Positions 27,780-37,414 are shown, numbered from the stretch's first letter. The stretch is 52,398 nt of DNA from Candidatus Heimdallarchaeota archaeon (GCA_020351745.1 CP070665.1:910345-962742), one strand, 5' to 3'. Numbers and translations are program-made. Notes: generated by a model not told the origin, from the sequence alone.

Positions 27780-29108
27780 TCAATGGAAGGACTTATCGCC
27801 GTTTTTTCTCTCACCAATCAGGTAATTAGGACCAGCTTCTGTTACAAGTATTTTCAAAACCTGACCTAATGAAATCTTTTCACCCTCAACCAATATTGGT
27901 ATATATGACGTATTTCTACCAATAAATTGATTCGTGTGTTTCCCATAATCATAAATTAGTATTATTCCCTCCCACCCAATCCATCTTCTCAGCTCTCTCT
28001 GAGTGATGTCGCGAGTCAGTTCAGTTAATTCTCTGCTTCGATTAGCTTTTATTTTCGTTGGAATCTTGGGAGAAAGTTGTGAGGCTAAAGTTCCAGGACG
28101 ATCTGTGTATTTGGAAATATTTACAATAATAGGCCTTACTTCTTGTAGAAGTCGCTTTGTTGCCTCGTAATCTTTTTGAGACTCTCCAGGAAAACCAACC
28201 ATTATATCAGTCGCGAATACTAATTCATCAATTTCTTGTCGTAATTGTTTAACAAGGTCAATGAAATATTTACCAGTTTCTTTCCTTTTCATTTTTTGAA
28301 GAATAGAATCAGATCCAACCTGAATTGGCAGATGAAGAAAAGAAAAAACCTTGAAAGTGCGTAATTGTTGAACTAAAGGAGTTAAAAATCTTTTCAATGT
28401 TATAGGAGTCATCATCCCTAACCGTATGAAGAAGTCTCCTTTTAAACGTGCAATGGATTCAATGAGAGTCGGAATATACAGCTTGGGAGAGAAATCCCAG
28501 CCATAGGTGCCAATGTCTTGTGATGTGAGTCTTATTTCTTTACTTCCTCTTTCTATTGCAAGTTGAATTTCTGTTAAAATTGATTCTTGTGAGCGTGAGC
28601 GAACTTTGCCCTTAATATTTCTTACAATACAAAAAGCGCACGACCCCAAACATCCCCGAGAGATTTCTACTGTTGTAATAACGGGATTATATCGTAAACG
28701 ATCATCTGTGTATAACTGTGACCAAGTATGAGGAGCACTAGTCTTAATCTCTTGAACAGGATGGTTATTTAAGAGATCTATAATACAATTAGCTGCTTCT
28801 GGAAAAAGAACTCTTGCATTTGGTAAGTTTTTTGAAACCCAATCACGCATAACAACAGGTAGACAGCCTGTTACAACTATATCTTTAGTTTTTGATAAAG
28901 ATAATAATTTACTCTTCATTCTATGTTCTGTATTTTGCTTCACGACACATGTATTAACAATTATAACTTCAGTATCTTCTACAGAATCAGAGATTATATA
29001 TCCATGTCTTTCCAATATTCCCATCAAGCCCTCTGCAATTGCATGATTAGCACTACAGCCATAATTTAGGACGCTAACAAGTTTTTTACTCTTTTCTATT
29101 GTTTTCAT
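27780..29108 (-). CDS. radical-SAM methylthiotransferase, MiaB/MtaB (CDKAL1-like) family
   Basis: Has the N-terminal UPF0004 domain (NYGCSANH...NTCVV), the radical SAM cluster GCLGSCAFCIV, and a C-terminal TRAM-like segment. The start is set at ATG 29108 (MKTIEKSKKL). The track's GTG 29219 extension would overlap the RHH ORF. Confidence 0.85.
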   Translation of the reverse strand: MKTIEKSKKLVSVLNYGCSANHAIAEGLMGILERHGYIISDSVEDTEVIIVNTCVVKQNTEHRMKSKLLSLSKTKDIVVTGCLPVVMRDWVSKNLPNARVLFPEAANCIIDLLNNHPVQEIKTSAPHTWSQLYTDDRLRYNPVITTVEISRGCLGSCAFCIVRNIKGKVRSRSQESILTEIQLAIERGSKEIRLTSQDIGTYGWDFSPKLYIPTLIESIARLKGDFFIRLGMMTPITLKRFLTPLVQQLRTFKVFSFLHLPIQVGSDSILQKMKRKETGKYFIDLVKQLRQEIDELVFATDIMVGFPGESQKDYEATKRLLQEVRPIIVNISKYTDRPGTLASQLSPKIPTKIKANRSRELTELTRDITQRELRRWIGWEGIILIYDYGKHTNQFIGRNTSYIPILVEGEKISLGQVLKILVTEAGPNYLIGERKNGDKSFH

Positions 29109-29212
29109 TTCAGTATGATCCAAACTACCGAGCTGAGCAAAACCTTTTTTTAAGATCTGAGAGAGAATTACAATGGTGCAAATTTTTCTAGAAGGTGTGA
29201 AAAATTCGAACT

Positions 29213-29341
29213 GTGACACTTTATGTGGAAGAAGAACTTATAGATGCCATGGCTGAGCTTGTTAGAAATGGAAAATATCCAAATCGTTCCGAATTTGTAC
29301 GGTCAGCCATCCGTGATCTAATTGACAAGTATTCTTCCTGA
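29213..29341 (+). CDS. small ribbon-helix-helix (CopG/NikR-like) protein
   Basis: Not in the track. The frame is open from 29201. From GTG 29213 it reads (M)TLYVEEELIDAMAELVRNGKYPNRSEFVRSAIRDLIDKYSS*. The beta-strand, helix, and G-x-Y-x-(S/N)RSEF(V/I)R-x-A-I pattern is typical of RHH proteins. The start codon is uncertain. Confidence 0.5.
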   Translation: MTLYVEEELIDAMAELVRNGKYPNRSEFVRSAIRDLIDKYSS

Positions 29342-29370
29342 ATGACATTTTTTGGGAAAAATGAGGGAAA

Positions 29371-30309
29371 TTAAAGTTTAGAGTTTTCTTCAATCCAGCT
29401 ACTAATAAGAGGAATAACGCTCACTGTTGTTAGACCGCTAATATCTGTTTCTATAGTATCAGTTGTGATAATAAGAGTAGGATTTACTTCTTGCATAAGT
29501 GAAAAGCTAGTAGGGGAATGAACAGCATGAATATAGGCAAATATTACCTCTTTTGCACCTTTCTTTTTCAAAATTTGCGCGGCACCAATCATAGTCTTTC
29601 CTGAGCTAACCAAATCGTCAATAATAACGACAGATCGATTTTCTATCTCAAAAGGTATACCTATTAATTTTTGAGAAATTTCTCCTGTTTCTGGATCTCT
29701 GTATTTTTGAATAGCAGCAAAGAAAGAGGTATTTAGTATTTTTGCGATTTCTTTCGCAAGAAAAAGCGCACCTTCATCTGGCGCGAGGCAAATTGTCTCT
29801 TGAGGATTCGTTAAACGTGATTTCAATGTAGTTCCTAATATTGGAATAGCAGAAAGATCACTAGCATGAGAGTTAGAAAAAAATTGATTTATATCGACTT
29901 TTCCATAAGTGTGTGAATTAAATGTGACAAAGTCATTGATACCAGCGGCCTCTAGAGCTAAGGCTAGAAAAAGACTTGAAATGGGCTCACCTTTCCGAGA
30001 TTCTCTATCTTGTCTTGAATACAGATGATACGGCATGATACAAGAAATTCTTTCAGGATTGTATCGTTTCACGTTGTAAATTGTCCAAAAGAGGGAAATT
30101 AAATATTGGTTCCTTGGTTGATTTGATTCCAACTGCATAGCAATGACAGCGTGGCTTCCCTTCAGCTGATTTTCATCAGATATCAATAAACGTGGACATA
30201 CTTCATCATCAGGAAAAATTCTTTCTTCAATTTCAATAAAAACTGATTTTGTTACAACCTTCGCGATTTTACCTGCAAAATTGGACTTTCCTATTATAGT
30301 AACTACCAT
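29371..30309 (-). CDS. prs: ribose-phosphate pyrophosphokinase
   Basis: Has the PRPP-binding loop VVIIDDLVSSGKTM, YSRQDR, and N- and C-terminal PRT-like halves. ATG start. Confidence 0.85.
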   Translation of the reverse strand: MVVTIIGKSNFAGKIAKVVTKSVFIEIEERIFPDDEVCPRLLISDENQLKGSHAVIAMQLESNQPRNQYLISLFWTIYNVKRYNPERISCIMPYHLYSRQDRESRKGEPISSLFLALALEAAGINDFVTFNSHTYGKVDINQFFSNSHASDLSAIPILGTTLKSRLTNPQETICLAPDEGALFLAKEIAKILNTSFFAAIQKYRDPETGEISQKLIGIPFEIENRSVVIIDDLVSSGKTMIGAAQILKKKGAKEVIFAYIHAVHSPTSFSLMQEVNPTLIITTDTIETDISGLTTVSVIPLISSWIEENSKL

Positions 30310-30485
30310 AATCGGGTAACTCCAAAAAAGGCATTCAATATTTGTTTTTCTATAATTAGATTATCAACCAGCTTACAAGAAAAATAACATTAATCTTAAT
30401 TTGGTTTTTTCTGATTACTTTTTCCTTGATTAATCATCTTCATGAATGCTATGGTGACATTATATAGCTGAACTGGCAGAAAAAG

Positions 30486-31751
30486 ATGGAAACTTTGGCA
30501 GTTAATGATGACCATATTGATGAAACAAAGAAAGATAACACTCGTGCATGGTTTACTGGAAATGTTTTATTGCTAGGTTTTGTTTCCTTCTTTGCAGATA
30601 TTTCTGGAGAAATGATGACTCCTGTCTTACCTCTTTTTATCGCTGCTTTGGGTGGTTCTAGCTTTATAATTGGATTTATTGGTGGTTTAGGGGATGCTGT
30701 GGCTAATATTGTGAAAGTTCTTTCTGGATACTTGGCTGATAAGACAGGAAGAAGAAAAGAATTAATTGCAGTTGGTTATGGTATTCCTTTTTTCGCAAAG
30801 CTTGGAATAGGCTTGTCAAACTCTTGGGAGCAAGTACTAGTCTTGAAACCAACAGAAAGATTGGGAAAAGGGATTAGAGGCGCTCCCCGTGACTCTCTAC
30901 TGGCTGATTCAATTCCATTTGAACTGAGAGGGAAAGCTTTTGGTTTTCATCGAATGATGGACACGGCAGGTGCTATTATCGGGTCATTCCTTGCTTTAAT
31001 AATTACTCTTCTCTTCTTTAATGTCTTAGTAACAGAGCTTGGAATTCTAAAACTTATTATTATCATTTCTGCATTTATTTCACTACTTGCTGTCTTTCCG
31101 ATTTTTTTCCTTTCAGAATCAGCAGGAGTCGCTCCTAGGGAAAAACGGCTTAAAGTAAGCTTAATCCAAAATATTAAAGATTTACCGCAAATTTACCATA
31201 AATTCCTTGTAATCTCAATAATTTTTGGATTAGCCAACTTTACCATCCTTCTGTTCATCCTCCATTCAAAAACTGTTGTTTTAGGAATAGATAAAACAGC
31301 ATCACCTCTAGTCCAAATAACTATCCCAATTGTTATTTTTATTTGGTTTAATATTATCTATACGGTTCTGTCTATCCCTTTTGGTGGTTGGTCTGACAAA
31401 TATGGACGTAAACCTGTTTTTGCAATTGGTTTGACTCTATTTGCCATTACATGTTTTGGTTTTCTTTTTACAAATAATATAATATTGCTTTTCTTATTCT
31501 TCGGAATATATGGTGCTTTTAACGCTGCAACAGATGGTATCCAAAAAGCATTTGTTGTAGATTTGCTTCCTCAGGATCTTAAAGGAACTGGAATAGGATT
31601 ATTGCAAACTCTGATGGGATTCGCGGGCATTATGGGTGGAATGATTGCTGGATACTTATATGACTTGGAAGTTAATCTTGCATTTGTTTATGGAGGGATT
31701 ATGGCAATTATTGCGCTAGTATTATTGTTGATAATAAGATTTCCTTCCTAA
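30486..31751 (+). CDS. MFS transporter
   Basis: About 12 TM segments. MFS signature-like loops LADKTGRRK and WSDKYGRKP follow TM2 and TM8. Confidence 0.8.
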   Translation: METLAVNDDHIDETKKDNTRAWFTGNVLLLGFVSFFADISGEMMTPVLPLFIAALGGSSFIIGFIGGLGDAVANIVKVLSGYLADKTGRRKELIAVGYGIPFFAKLGIGLSNSWEQVLVLKPTERLGKGIRGAPRDSLLADSIPFELRGKAFGFHRMMDTAGAIIGSFLALIITLLFFNVLVTELGILKLIIIISAFISLLAVFPIFFLSESAGVAPREKRLKVSLIQNIKDLPQIYHKFLVISIIFGLANFTILLFILHSKTVVLGIDKTASPLVQITIPIVIFIWFNIIYTVLSIPFGGWSDKYGRKPVFAIGLTLFAITCFGFLFTNNIILLFLFFGIYGAFNAATDGIQKAFVVDLLPQDLKGTGIGLLQTLMGFAGIMGGMIAGYLYDLEVNLAFVYGGIMAIIALVLLLIIRFPS

Positions 31752-31870
31752 GAAAGAACTACCTCCTAAAACCAGTACTTTTAAATGTTAAGTTTAAAAT
31801 TCGGACCATATCTACAGAAGTATTTACCACTACGACTTGAAAATCATTATGAAAAATTCTGATATTAAAG

Positions 31871-31974
31871 CGGGCGCAGAGGGATTTGAACCCCCGACCA
31901 ACAGGTATCTTCAGGATAAATAGTAAATTTAATCATTAAAAGCCTGTCGCTCTACCTGGCTGAGCTATGCGCCC
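31871..31974 (-). tRNA. tRNA-Lys(TTT) with a canonical 30-nt intron
   Basis: The reverse complement reads GGGCGCA TA GCTC AGCCAGGTA GAGC G ACAGG CTTTTA[30 nt]A CCTGT TGGTC GGGGG TTCAAAT CCCTC TGCGCCC G. Confidence 0.9.
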
Positions 31975-31983
31975 TTAAGTTCT

Positions 31984-32091
31984 TGGCGCCCCGGTCGGGA
32001 TTTGAACCCGAGTCGGATGGGTTCAGCAGACTGTCAAACTTGACAAGGCTTTGACAGCCATCAATGCTAGACCAGACTACACCACCGGGGC
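31984..32091 (-). tRNA. tRNA-Asp(GTC) with a canonical 30-nt intron; CCA encoded
   Basis: The reverse complement reads GCCCCGG TG GTGTAGTCTGGTCTAGCAT T GATGG CTGTCA[30 nt]C CCATC CGAC TCGGG TTCAAAT CCCGA CCGGGGC G CCA. Confidence 0.9.
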
Positions 32092-32289
32092 TACATACTA
32101 AACGAAGACTTGTTTCATATTATTGCTTAATAGGCGTCCAAGTCTGCCCCTTCTTTCTCAATTTTTTAAATTAATCCTCTCCTAAAGATGTTATAATCTA
32201 GTTCCTGCATAACCTTAAAATCCTAGAGCCAATGCAAAGAAAATTGTTGGATACTACTTAGTGAAAAGTAATAACCCCTAATCACACAC

Positions 32290-32509
32290 GCTGGGGTGGC
32301 TTAAACGATGATAGTCTTATTATCGTGGCAAAGCCTGGTATAATAATATGTCTATAGTCAAAATGCCGATAGCGCGGGACTCATAATCTGAGAATGATTC
32401 TCACAACTTTATAAGGGCAAGATTCGCGCTTTCAGACGGGACATCCCGAAGTCGGGGGTTCGAAACTGGGTAAGTTGCGATTTACCCAACGAAAAGCCCC
32501 CCCCCAGCA
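32290..32509 (+). tRNA. elongator-type tRNA-Met(CAT) with four introns (29, 29, 57 and 31 nt)
   Basis: GCTGGGG TG GCT[29]A AGCCTGGTA[29]TAGC G CGGGA CTCATA[57]A TCCCG AAGTC GGGGG TTCGAA[31]G CCCCC CCCCAGC A. Arithmetic: 220-146 = 74 nt. The spliced product has perfect acceptor, D (GCTA/TAGC), anticodon (CGGGA/TCCCG) and T (GGGGG/CCCCC) stems. Confidence 0.8.
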
Positions 32510-32608
32510 TCTACTTAGATTTTCAATAAATATATATTCATATGTTAGCATCAGAGCTCAGTCATTATCAAAAACTACCTTAATTGAAGTCTAAAGCAAA
32601 TCTCTAGT

Positions 32609-32748
32609 GCTCCGATAGTGTAGCTTGGCCCATCATTCAGGGCTCTCAATGAGATCTACCATATAGGGGATTCTCAGGAGTTCCCCTGTGACCCGGGTTC
32701 AAAAGACACAAACAAGGTGTTTGTGTACGGAAAATCCCGGTCGGAGCA
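32609..32748 (+). tRNA. tRNA-Glu(CTC) with two introns (37/38, 34 nt; T loop 59/60, 31 nt)
   Basis: GCTCCGA TA GTGTAGCTTGGCCCATCAT T CAGGG CTCTCA[34]C CCCTG TGAC CCGGG TTCAAA[31]T CCCGG TCGGAGC A. Arithmetic: 140-65 = 75 nt. Confidence 0.87.
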
Positions 32749-32799
32749 TTCCTCTTTCTTCTCTAGAATTTCCTTTCAAATGCTGATTCCCAATAAGAA

Positions 32800-34161
32800 C
32801 TAACCAAACATTCCCTCTAAACCTGGCGGAATCCCTCCTGGAGGAGCTCCGCGGCGTCCTCGCATCTTCCGCATCATTTTTAATTGTTTTACCGCTTGAT
32901 TAAATTGATTTAAAAGAAGTTTCACTTCTTGAGGGGAAGTACCTGACCCTTTCGCAATTCTCTGGATACGTTTACCTTTAATCACCCGAGCATTATCCAA
33001 TTCTTCTTCTGTCATTGAATTACATATTGCAATGAACCGTTTTACATTTTTTTGACCTTCTGCTTCTAATGTTGGTTGCTTTCCGGTCAGTGCACTGACT
33101 CCTGGAATTTTTGAAACTATTTTTCCGATAGATGATTGTTTACTCGCACTCTCCAATTGTATTTTGAAATGTCGTAAAGTTAGCTTCCCTTTTTTGAAAG
33201 CATCGCGAAGCTCTGCCGTATCTTCCTCGTCAAATGCTTCATTTACACTTTGTAATAGCCCCTCGATATCTCCCATACCTAATAGAGAGCCAACGAAGCG
33301 GGTCGGATTGAATTCCTCCATATCTTGGATTTTTTCCCCATCACCATAGAATCGGATTTTTGCTCCTGTTATTGCAACAGCAGAGACAGCTCCTCCACCT
33401 TTGGCTGAACCATCAAGTTTTGTTAAAATAATTGATCCAATAGGTGTCGCACGATTGAAAGCATCAGCCTGTGCTTGAGCTTGCTGTCCTATCGTCGCAT
33501 CAACCACTAAAATAATCTCAGTAGGTTTAGCAATTTTCGCAATTTCCTGCATTTCCTTTAATAAAGATTTCTCCTCCTTATGTCGCCCAGCAGTATCTAT
33601 TAAAACGAGATTGATATTTTTTTTCTCCTTAAAATGATTTAATCCCTTTTTAATAACTTTAGAAGATTTCTTTTCCTTTACATCCCCATAAACTTCTACA
33701 TTAATTGGAGCAAGATATTGTTGAAGTTGATCTAAAGCACCTGGTCTAAATGTGTCTCCCCCTACAACTCCTACTTTATACCCTCGTTTCTGGAAATAAT
33801 TTGCAATTTTACCAATGGATGTTGTTTTACCTGATCCTTGAATACCTATAAACATCACAATTGACAATTCGTTTGGGTCTAGCCGCATAGGAGCAAAACG
33901 TTTACCTAAGAGGTTAGTTAATTCATCATAAATTACCTTTAGAGTATAATCACGACGACTGACTCCAAGTGGAATTTGATCCTTTAACGCTCTTTCCCGC
34001 ACCTTTTCAGTCATACTTAGAGCCAAATCTAGATTAACATCACCAGAAAGAAGGGCATTTTCCAAATCCCTACAAAACTCATCAATTAATTCTTTATCTA
34101 CAATAGGGGCCCCACGGATCTTCATAATAGCATTTTGTAAAGAATTTCTCAATTCACGCAT
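32800..34161 (-). CDS. srp54: signal recognition particle protein SRP54
   Basis: Has N, G and M domains: [26 protein letters not shown], and a Met-rich C-terminus with a basic RGRRG tail. The start is set at ATG 34161; the track uses TTG 34170. Confidence 0.9.
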   Translation of the reverse strand: MRELRNSLQNAIMKIRGAPIVDKELIDEFCRDLENALLSGDVNLDLALSMTEKVRERALKDQIPLGVSRRDYTLKVIYDELTNLLGKRFAPMRLDPNELSIVMFIGIQGSGKTTSIGKIANYFQKRGYKVGVVGGDTFRPGALDQLQQYLAPINVEVYGDVKEKKSSKVIKKGLNHFKEKKNINLVLIDTAGRHKEEKSLLKEMQEIAKIAKPTEIILVVDATIGQQAQAQADAFNRATPIGSIILTKLDGSAKGGGAVSAVAITGAKIRFYGDGEKIQDMEEFNPTRFVGSLLGMGDIEGLLQSVNEAFDEEDTAELRDAFKKGKLTLRHFKIQLESASKQSSIGKIVSKIPGVSALTGKQPTLEAEGQKNVKRFIAICNSMTEEELDNARVIKGKRIQRIAKGSGTSPQEVKLLLNQFNQAVKQLKMMRKMRGRRGAPPGGIPPGLEGMFG

Positions 34162-34424
34162 GTTTTCCAAACCGCATTAATTCATCTCTTTTTATTAAGG
34201 GCCAATATAATAGTTCCTCATTAATATTTGTATAGATCACCTGGTTTTATTTTATGTTATCATTAAATCTCTTCAAAAGGGGATTTAAACAGATTTTCAA
34301 GTTTCTATAAATCAGTCCAGATAAACCATGAATAATCACATAAATAGACATTCCCATAATGACTGGTTTTTGTAACTAGAAATAAATAAACCATATATTA
34401 GTTATAAATGCCCTTAAATTCAGT

Positions 34425-34955
34425 TTACATTTTATCTAGGAGGTAATTGAGAATCGTAATCGTTTGGGAGCTTAAATATAAATGAGAACCTAAAGATAAT
34501 GTAGGTAACTTTGTAAATAAATGCCTGTCTTCCTCTAGAAATCCAACTTGGTCCCCAATTAAGAAAGAATCATGATCTTTGAGTAGATGAATAGAATAAT
34601 CTCCTGTGATATCAAAAACAACGATTTTCCGATTTTTAATAAAATTATCAAGATTTTCACTGTAAAACCTTATTCCTAAGAATTTACGGCCTTGAAAGAT
34701 TTTTTTCAAAAGTCCTGCAATTGCCCGTTCATCTGGATTTATCCCCCGTACTTTATCGCCTTGAATTTCTAGAATTTTCCCATTAATCCGGAAATAAACT
34801 TCAAAAATAACATCTTTCCTAAAATCATTTGAAAGAAAGAAAGCAGCGGTAATACAACGACATAATACATCCAATCGGCCGTATCCAGTCAATGAATTGA
34901 GAGAAAGAGGTTTGGAAGTATCTATGCTGTTTGATATTATTAAAAAACGCCTCAT
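34425..34955 (-). CDS. trmY: tRNA (pseudouridine54-N1)-methyltransferase TrmY-like SPOUT protein
   Basis: MRRFLIISNS...GYGRLDVLCRCITAAFFLSNDFRKDVIF...NPDERAIAGLLKK...FLIGDQVGFLEED...LSLGSHLYLSSQTITILNYLLD is collinear with the Mj1640/TrmY family as I recall it. Confidence 0.7.
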   Translation of the reverse strand: MRRFLIISNSIDTSKPLSLNSLTGYGRLDVLCRCITAAFFLSNDFRKDVIFEVYFRINGKILEIQGDKVRGINPDERAIAGLLKKIFQGRKFLGIRFYSENLDNFIKNRKIVVFDITGDYSIHLLKDHDSFLIGDQVGFLEEDRHLFTKLPTLSLGSHLYLSSQTITILNYLLDKM

Positions 34956-35188
34956 ACTAATTTCTCAACTTCAGATTTTTACACTATTAAAGATCATTTT
35001 TGAGATGACTATTTGAAAAATTTGTTTATTTGCTTATTCTTTCATTGGAAAAAAGTAAAAAAATTTCGGTTAAATGGGAAAATAATACCATTGGAGGATT
35101 AAATCCATAATTTCGGCAATGAATTAGCCAAAAATTAAAAATTGCTTTTGAATTAATTCAAGTTGATTGTAGCTGAAGGGCTTTATAA

Positions 35189-36544
35189 ATGGAATCATCA
35201 ATCCTTGGTAAGGTTAGCCAATTAGTCAGGGATATACATTGCTGCAACTCGTGTCTAGGTCGGCAATTTGGTAATCTATTATCAGGATTGTCGAATGCTA
35301 AACGAGGTGAAGCGCTGAAAATATTACTCCTAATGGATTGGGAAAATAATTATCGTTTATTAACAATAGATCCCCCAGACTCGTCATCTCTTCTATCTAA
35401 AGACTTTAATATTGGATCATTGTCAATTCAACGATTTTTTCCTGAAACTCAACCTGTTGACTTGCCTTGTGACATTTGTCAAGATGTCCTTTCTTCCCAT
35501 AAGCTGAAAACTTTGACAACAGATGCCCTCAAAGCGTTAGATGAATATGAATTTTCCACTTTTCTTGTGGGTAGTCAATTCCCTCCTTCTATAATAGATA
35601 AGGAAGATACTATTCGTGGCACCTATAATCTCGAGTTTGGAGAATCAATTAAGTCTGAATTTAATCGAGAAATCGGAAAACGATTGCAAGATCAAATTAA
35701 TTATGCTTTAGTAGAATTTAAAGCCCCAGACGTTGTTTTAACTTTTGATTTGATCAATGACCAAATAAAAATTAAAAGTAATCCCCTATTTATCTTGGGT
35801 AGGTATAGAAAATTCAAACGTGGAATTCCTCAATCCAAATGGTTTTGTCGAAAGTGTCACGGTAAAGGATGTAAATACTGTAATTTTTCAGGTAAGATGT
35901 ATCAAGAATCAGTAGAAGAATTCATATCAAAACCTATCCTATCAGCGGCTAAAGGTAGAGCTAGTAAGTTTCATGGTTCAGGACGAGAAGATATTGATGC
36001 ACGGATGTTAGGAAGTGGACGTCCATTTGTTCTTGAGATTTCTGAACCTAAGAAGAGAAATCTCAATTTTAAATTGCTAGAGAGAAAAATTAATGAAAAT
36101 GCAGCTGGAAAAGTGGAGATTGAAATTGAGGGATTAACAAACAGAACTAAAGTTAGAGAACTAAAGACACGATCTAGTAGGAACGCAAAAGGGTACCGGG
36201 TGATTATTTCTCTGAAAACTCCATTAAAATTAGGGGAATCAGAAAGTTTATCCATAGAAGACGAATTCTCTGACTTACTTATCCAACAGCGGACTCCATT
36301 ACGAGTAGCTCACAGACGAGCTGATAAAGTTAGATCAAGAAGAATTAATTCATTTCGAATTGAGAAGATAGAACCACATCAATTGACAGTCTATATAGTT
36401 TGTGAAGGAGGACTATATGTAAAAGAACTAATCAGTGGAGATGAGGGGAGAACCCAACCAAACCTCTCTGAACGTCTTAACATTACTGCAGAAGTTACAC
36501 AACTCGATGTCATTGAAGTTTTTGATGATAAAAACTCCCTATAA
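35189..36544 (+). CDS. pus10: tRNA pseudouridine synthase Pus10
   Basis: Has the N-terminal zinc module CCNSCLGRQF...CDICQD, a THUMP-like region, an internal CRKCHGKGCKYC, and the catalytic region GSGREDIDARMLGSGRPFVLE. Transcribed divergently from trmY. Confidence 0.82.
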   Translation: MESSILGKVSQLVRDIHCCNSCLGRQFGNLLSGLSNAKRGEALKILLLMDWENNYRLLTIDPPDSSSLLSKDFNIGSLSIQRFFPETQPVDLPCDICQDVLSSHKLKTLTTDALKALDEYEFSTFLVGSQFPPSIIDKEDTIRGTYNLEFGESIKSEFNREIGKRLQDQINYALVEFKAPDVVLTFDLINDQIKIKSNPLFILGRYRKFKRGIPQSKWFCRKCHGKGCKYCNFSGKMYQESVEEFISKPILSAAKGRASKFHGSGREDIDARMLGSGRPFVLEISEPKKRNLNFKLLERKINENAAGKVEIEIEGLTNRTKVRELKTRSSRNAKGYRVIISLKTPLKLGESESLSIEDEFSDLLIQQRTPLRVAHRRADKVRSRRINSFRIEKIEPHQLTVYIVCEGGLYVKELISGDEGRTQPNLSERLNITAEVTQLDVIEVFDDKNSL

Positions 36545-36687
36545 CAGGTCTTTGAAGAATCCATAAATAATGAAAGAAACTCAAAAATATGTTAAGAAAA
36601 CTCCTTTCTAATGGTGTCACTGAAGCCGATAGCTCTCTGAGGACTCAAAAATCGAAAATTAACTTGCATACTAAGGAGTAACATAAA

Positions 36688-36981
36688 ATGGTCAAAAAAT
36701 CAAAAGGTACGAACTTTAGGACACGCAGAATATTCTCCAAACATCCAAGGAAACGCGGCTTACCTTCTCTATCCCGAACACTTGCGAATTATAAAGTAAA
36801 CTCCAAAGTTAATATTGTTATTGAACCCAGCGTCCAAAAAGGACGGCCCCATAGGAGATTTCATGGGAAAACTGGAAAAATTCTTGAAAAACGCGGACAA
36901 TCTTATCTAATTCAAGTCTCTGATGGAAAGAGCTACAAGAAAATAATTGCACGACCCGAACACCTGAAAGCACAACAATGA
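36688..36981 (+). CDS. rpl21e: 50S ribosomal protein L21e
   Basis: MVKKSKGTNFRTRRIFSKHPRKRGL...HRRFHGKTGKI is the canonical L21e pattern. A strong AAGGAG RBS lies 9 nt upstream. Confidence 0.92.
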   Translation: MVKKSKGTNFRTRRIFSKHPRKRGLPSLSRTLANYKVNSKVNIVIEPSVQKGRPHRRFHGKTGKILEKRGQSYLIQVSDGKSYKKIIARPEHLKAQQ

Positions 36982-37015
36982 ATAGCTTATTCTAATTGAG
37001 GATTGGTAGCTAAAA

Positions 37016-37414
37016 ATGGTAAGAAAAGTTATTGAAGAGAAACCTATTCCTCTGGGGCAAGTGCATGATTTATTGAAAATACGAGAAGAAACAGGTATTA
37101 ATTACGTACAACGAGTCACTGCTCAACATGCTGAAAAACTTTCTCGGGTTGCTGCTTATTCAGAGGAAGTGATCCAAACTCTAAAAGATGAGTTTGAACT
37201 TCCTCGTATACTTGTAGTCCAAATTGTTAATATAAATCCTAAGACGCCAGTTGACATAAGAGCTGTAACTGGCGATCGTCTGTCAGAAGACCAGATTGAA
37301 CAGCTTCTTACACGATATTCAGAATTTATTGCAACTCTTAAACAAGCTGTTGAAACAGACGAAGAACCTAAGGATGAAGTGGAGGAAACAGAAGAAAGTT
37401 TTGAGGATCTCTAA
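37016..37414 (+). CDS. rpoF: DNA-directed RNA polymerase subunit F (Rpo4/Rpb4-like)
   Basis: 132 aa with an acidic C-terminus. It sits immediately downstream of rpl21e, which is a conserved archaeal gene order, and the size and helical pattern fit. Sequence motifs are weak. Confidence 0.65.
   Translation: MVRKVIEEKPIPLGQVHDLLKIREETGINYVQRVTAQHAEKLSRVAAYSEEVIQTLKDEFELPRILVVQIVNINPKTPVDIRAVTGDRLSEDQIEQLLTRYSEFIATLKQAVETDEEPKDEVEETEESFEDL

Noticed and set aside
31984-31986. Only tRNA-Asp has a genomically encoded CCA among the 10 tRNAs
   Set aside because: A single occurrence is compatible with chance, and there is no pattern to interpret.
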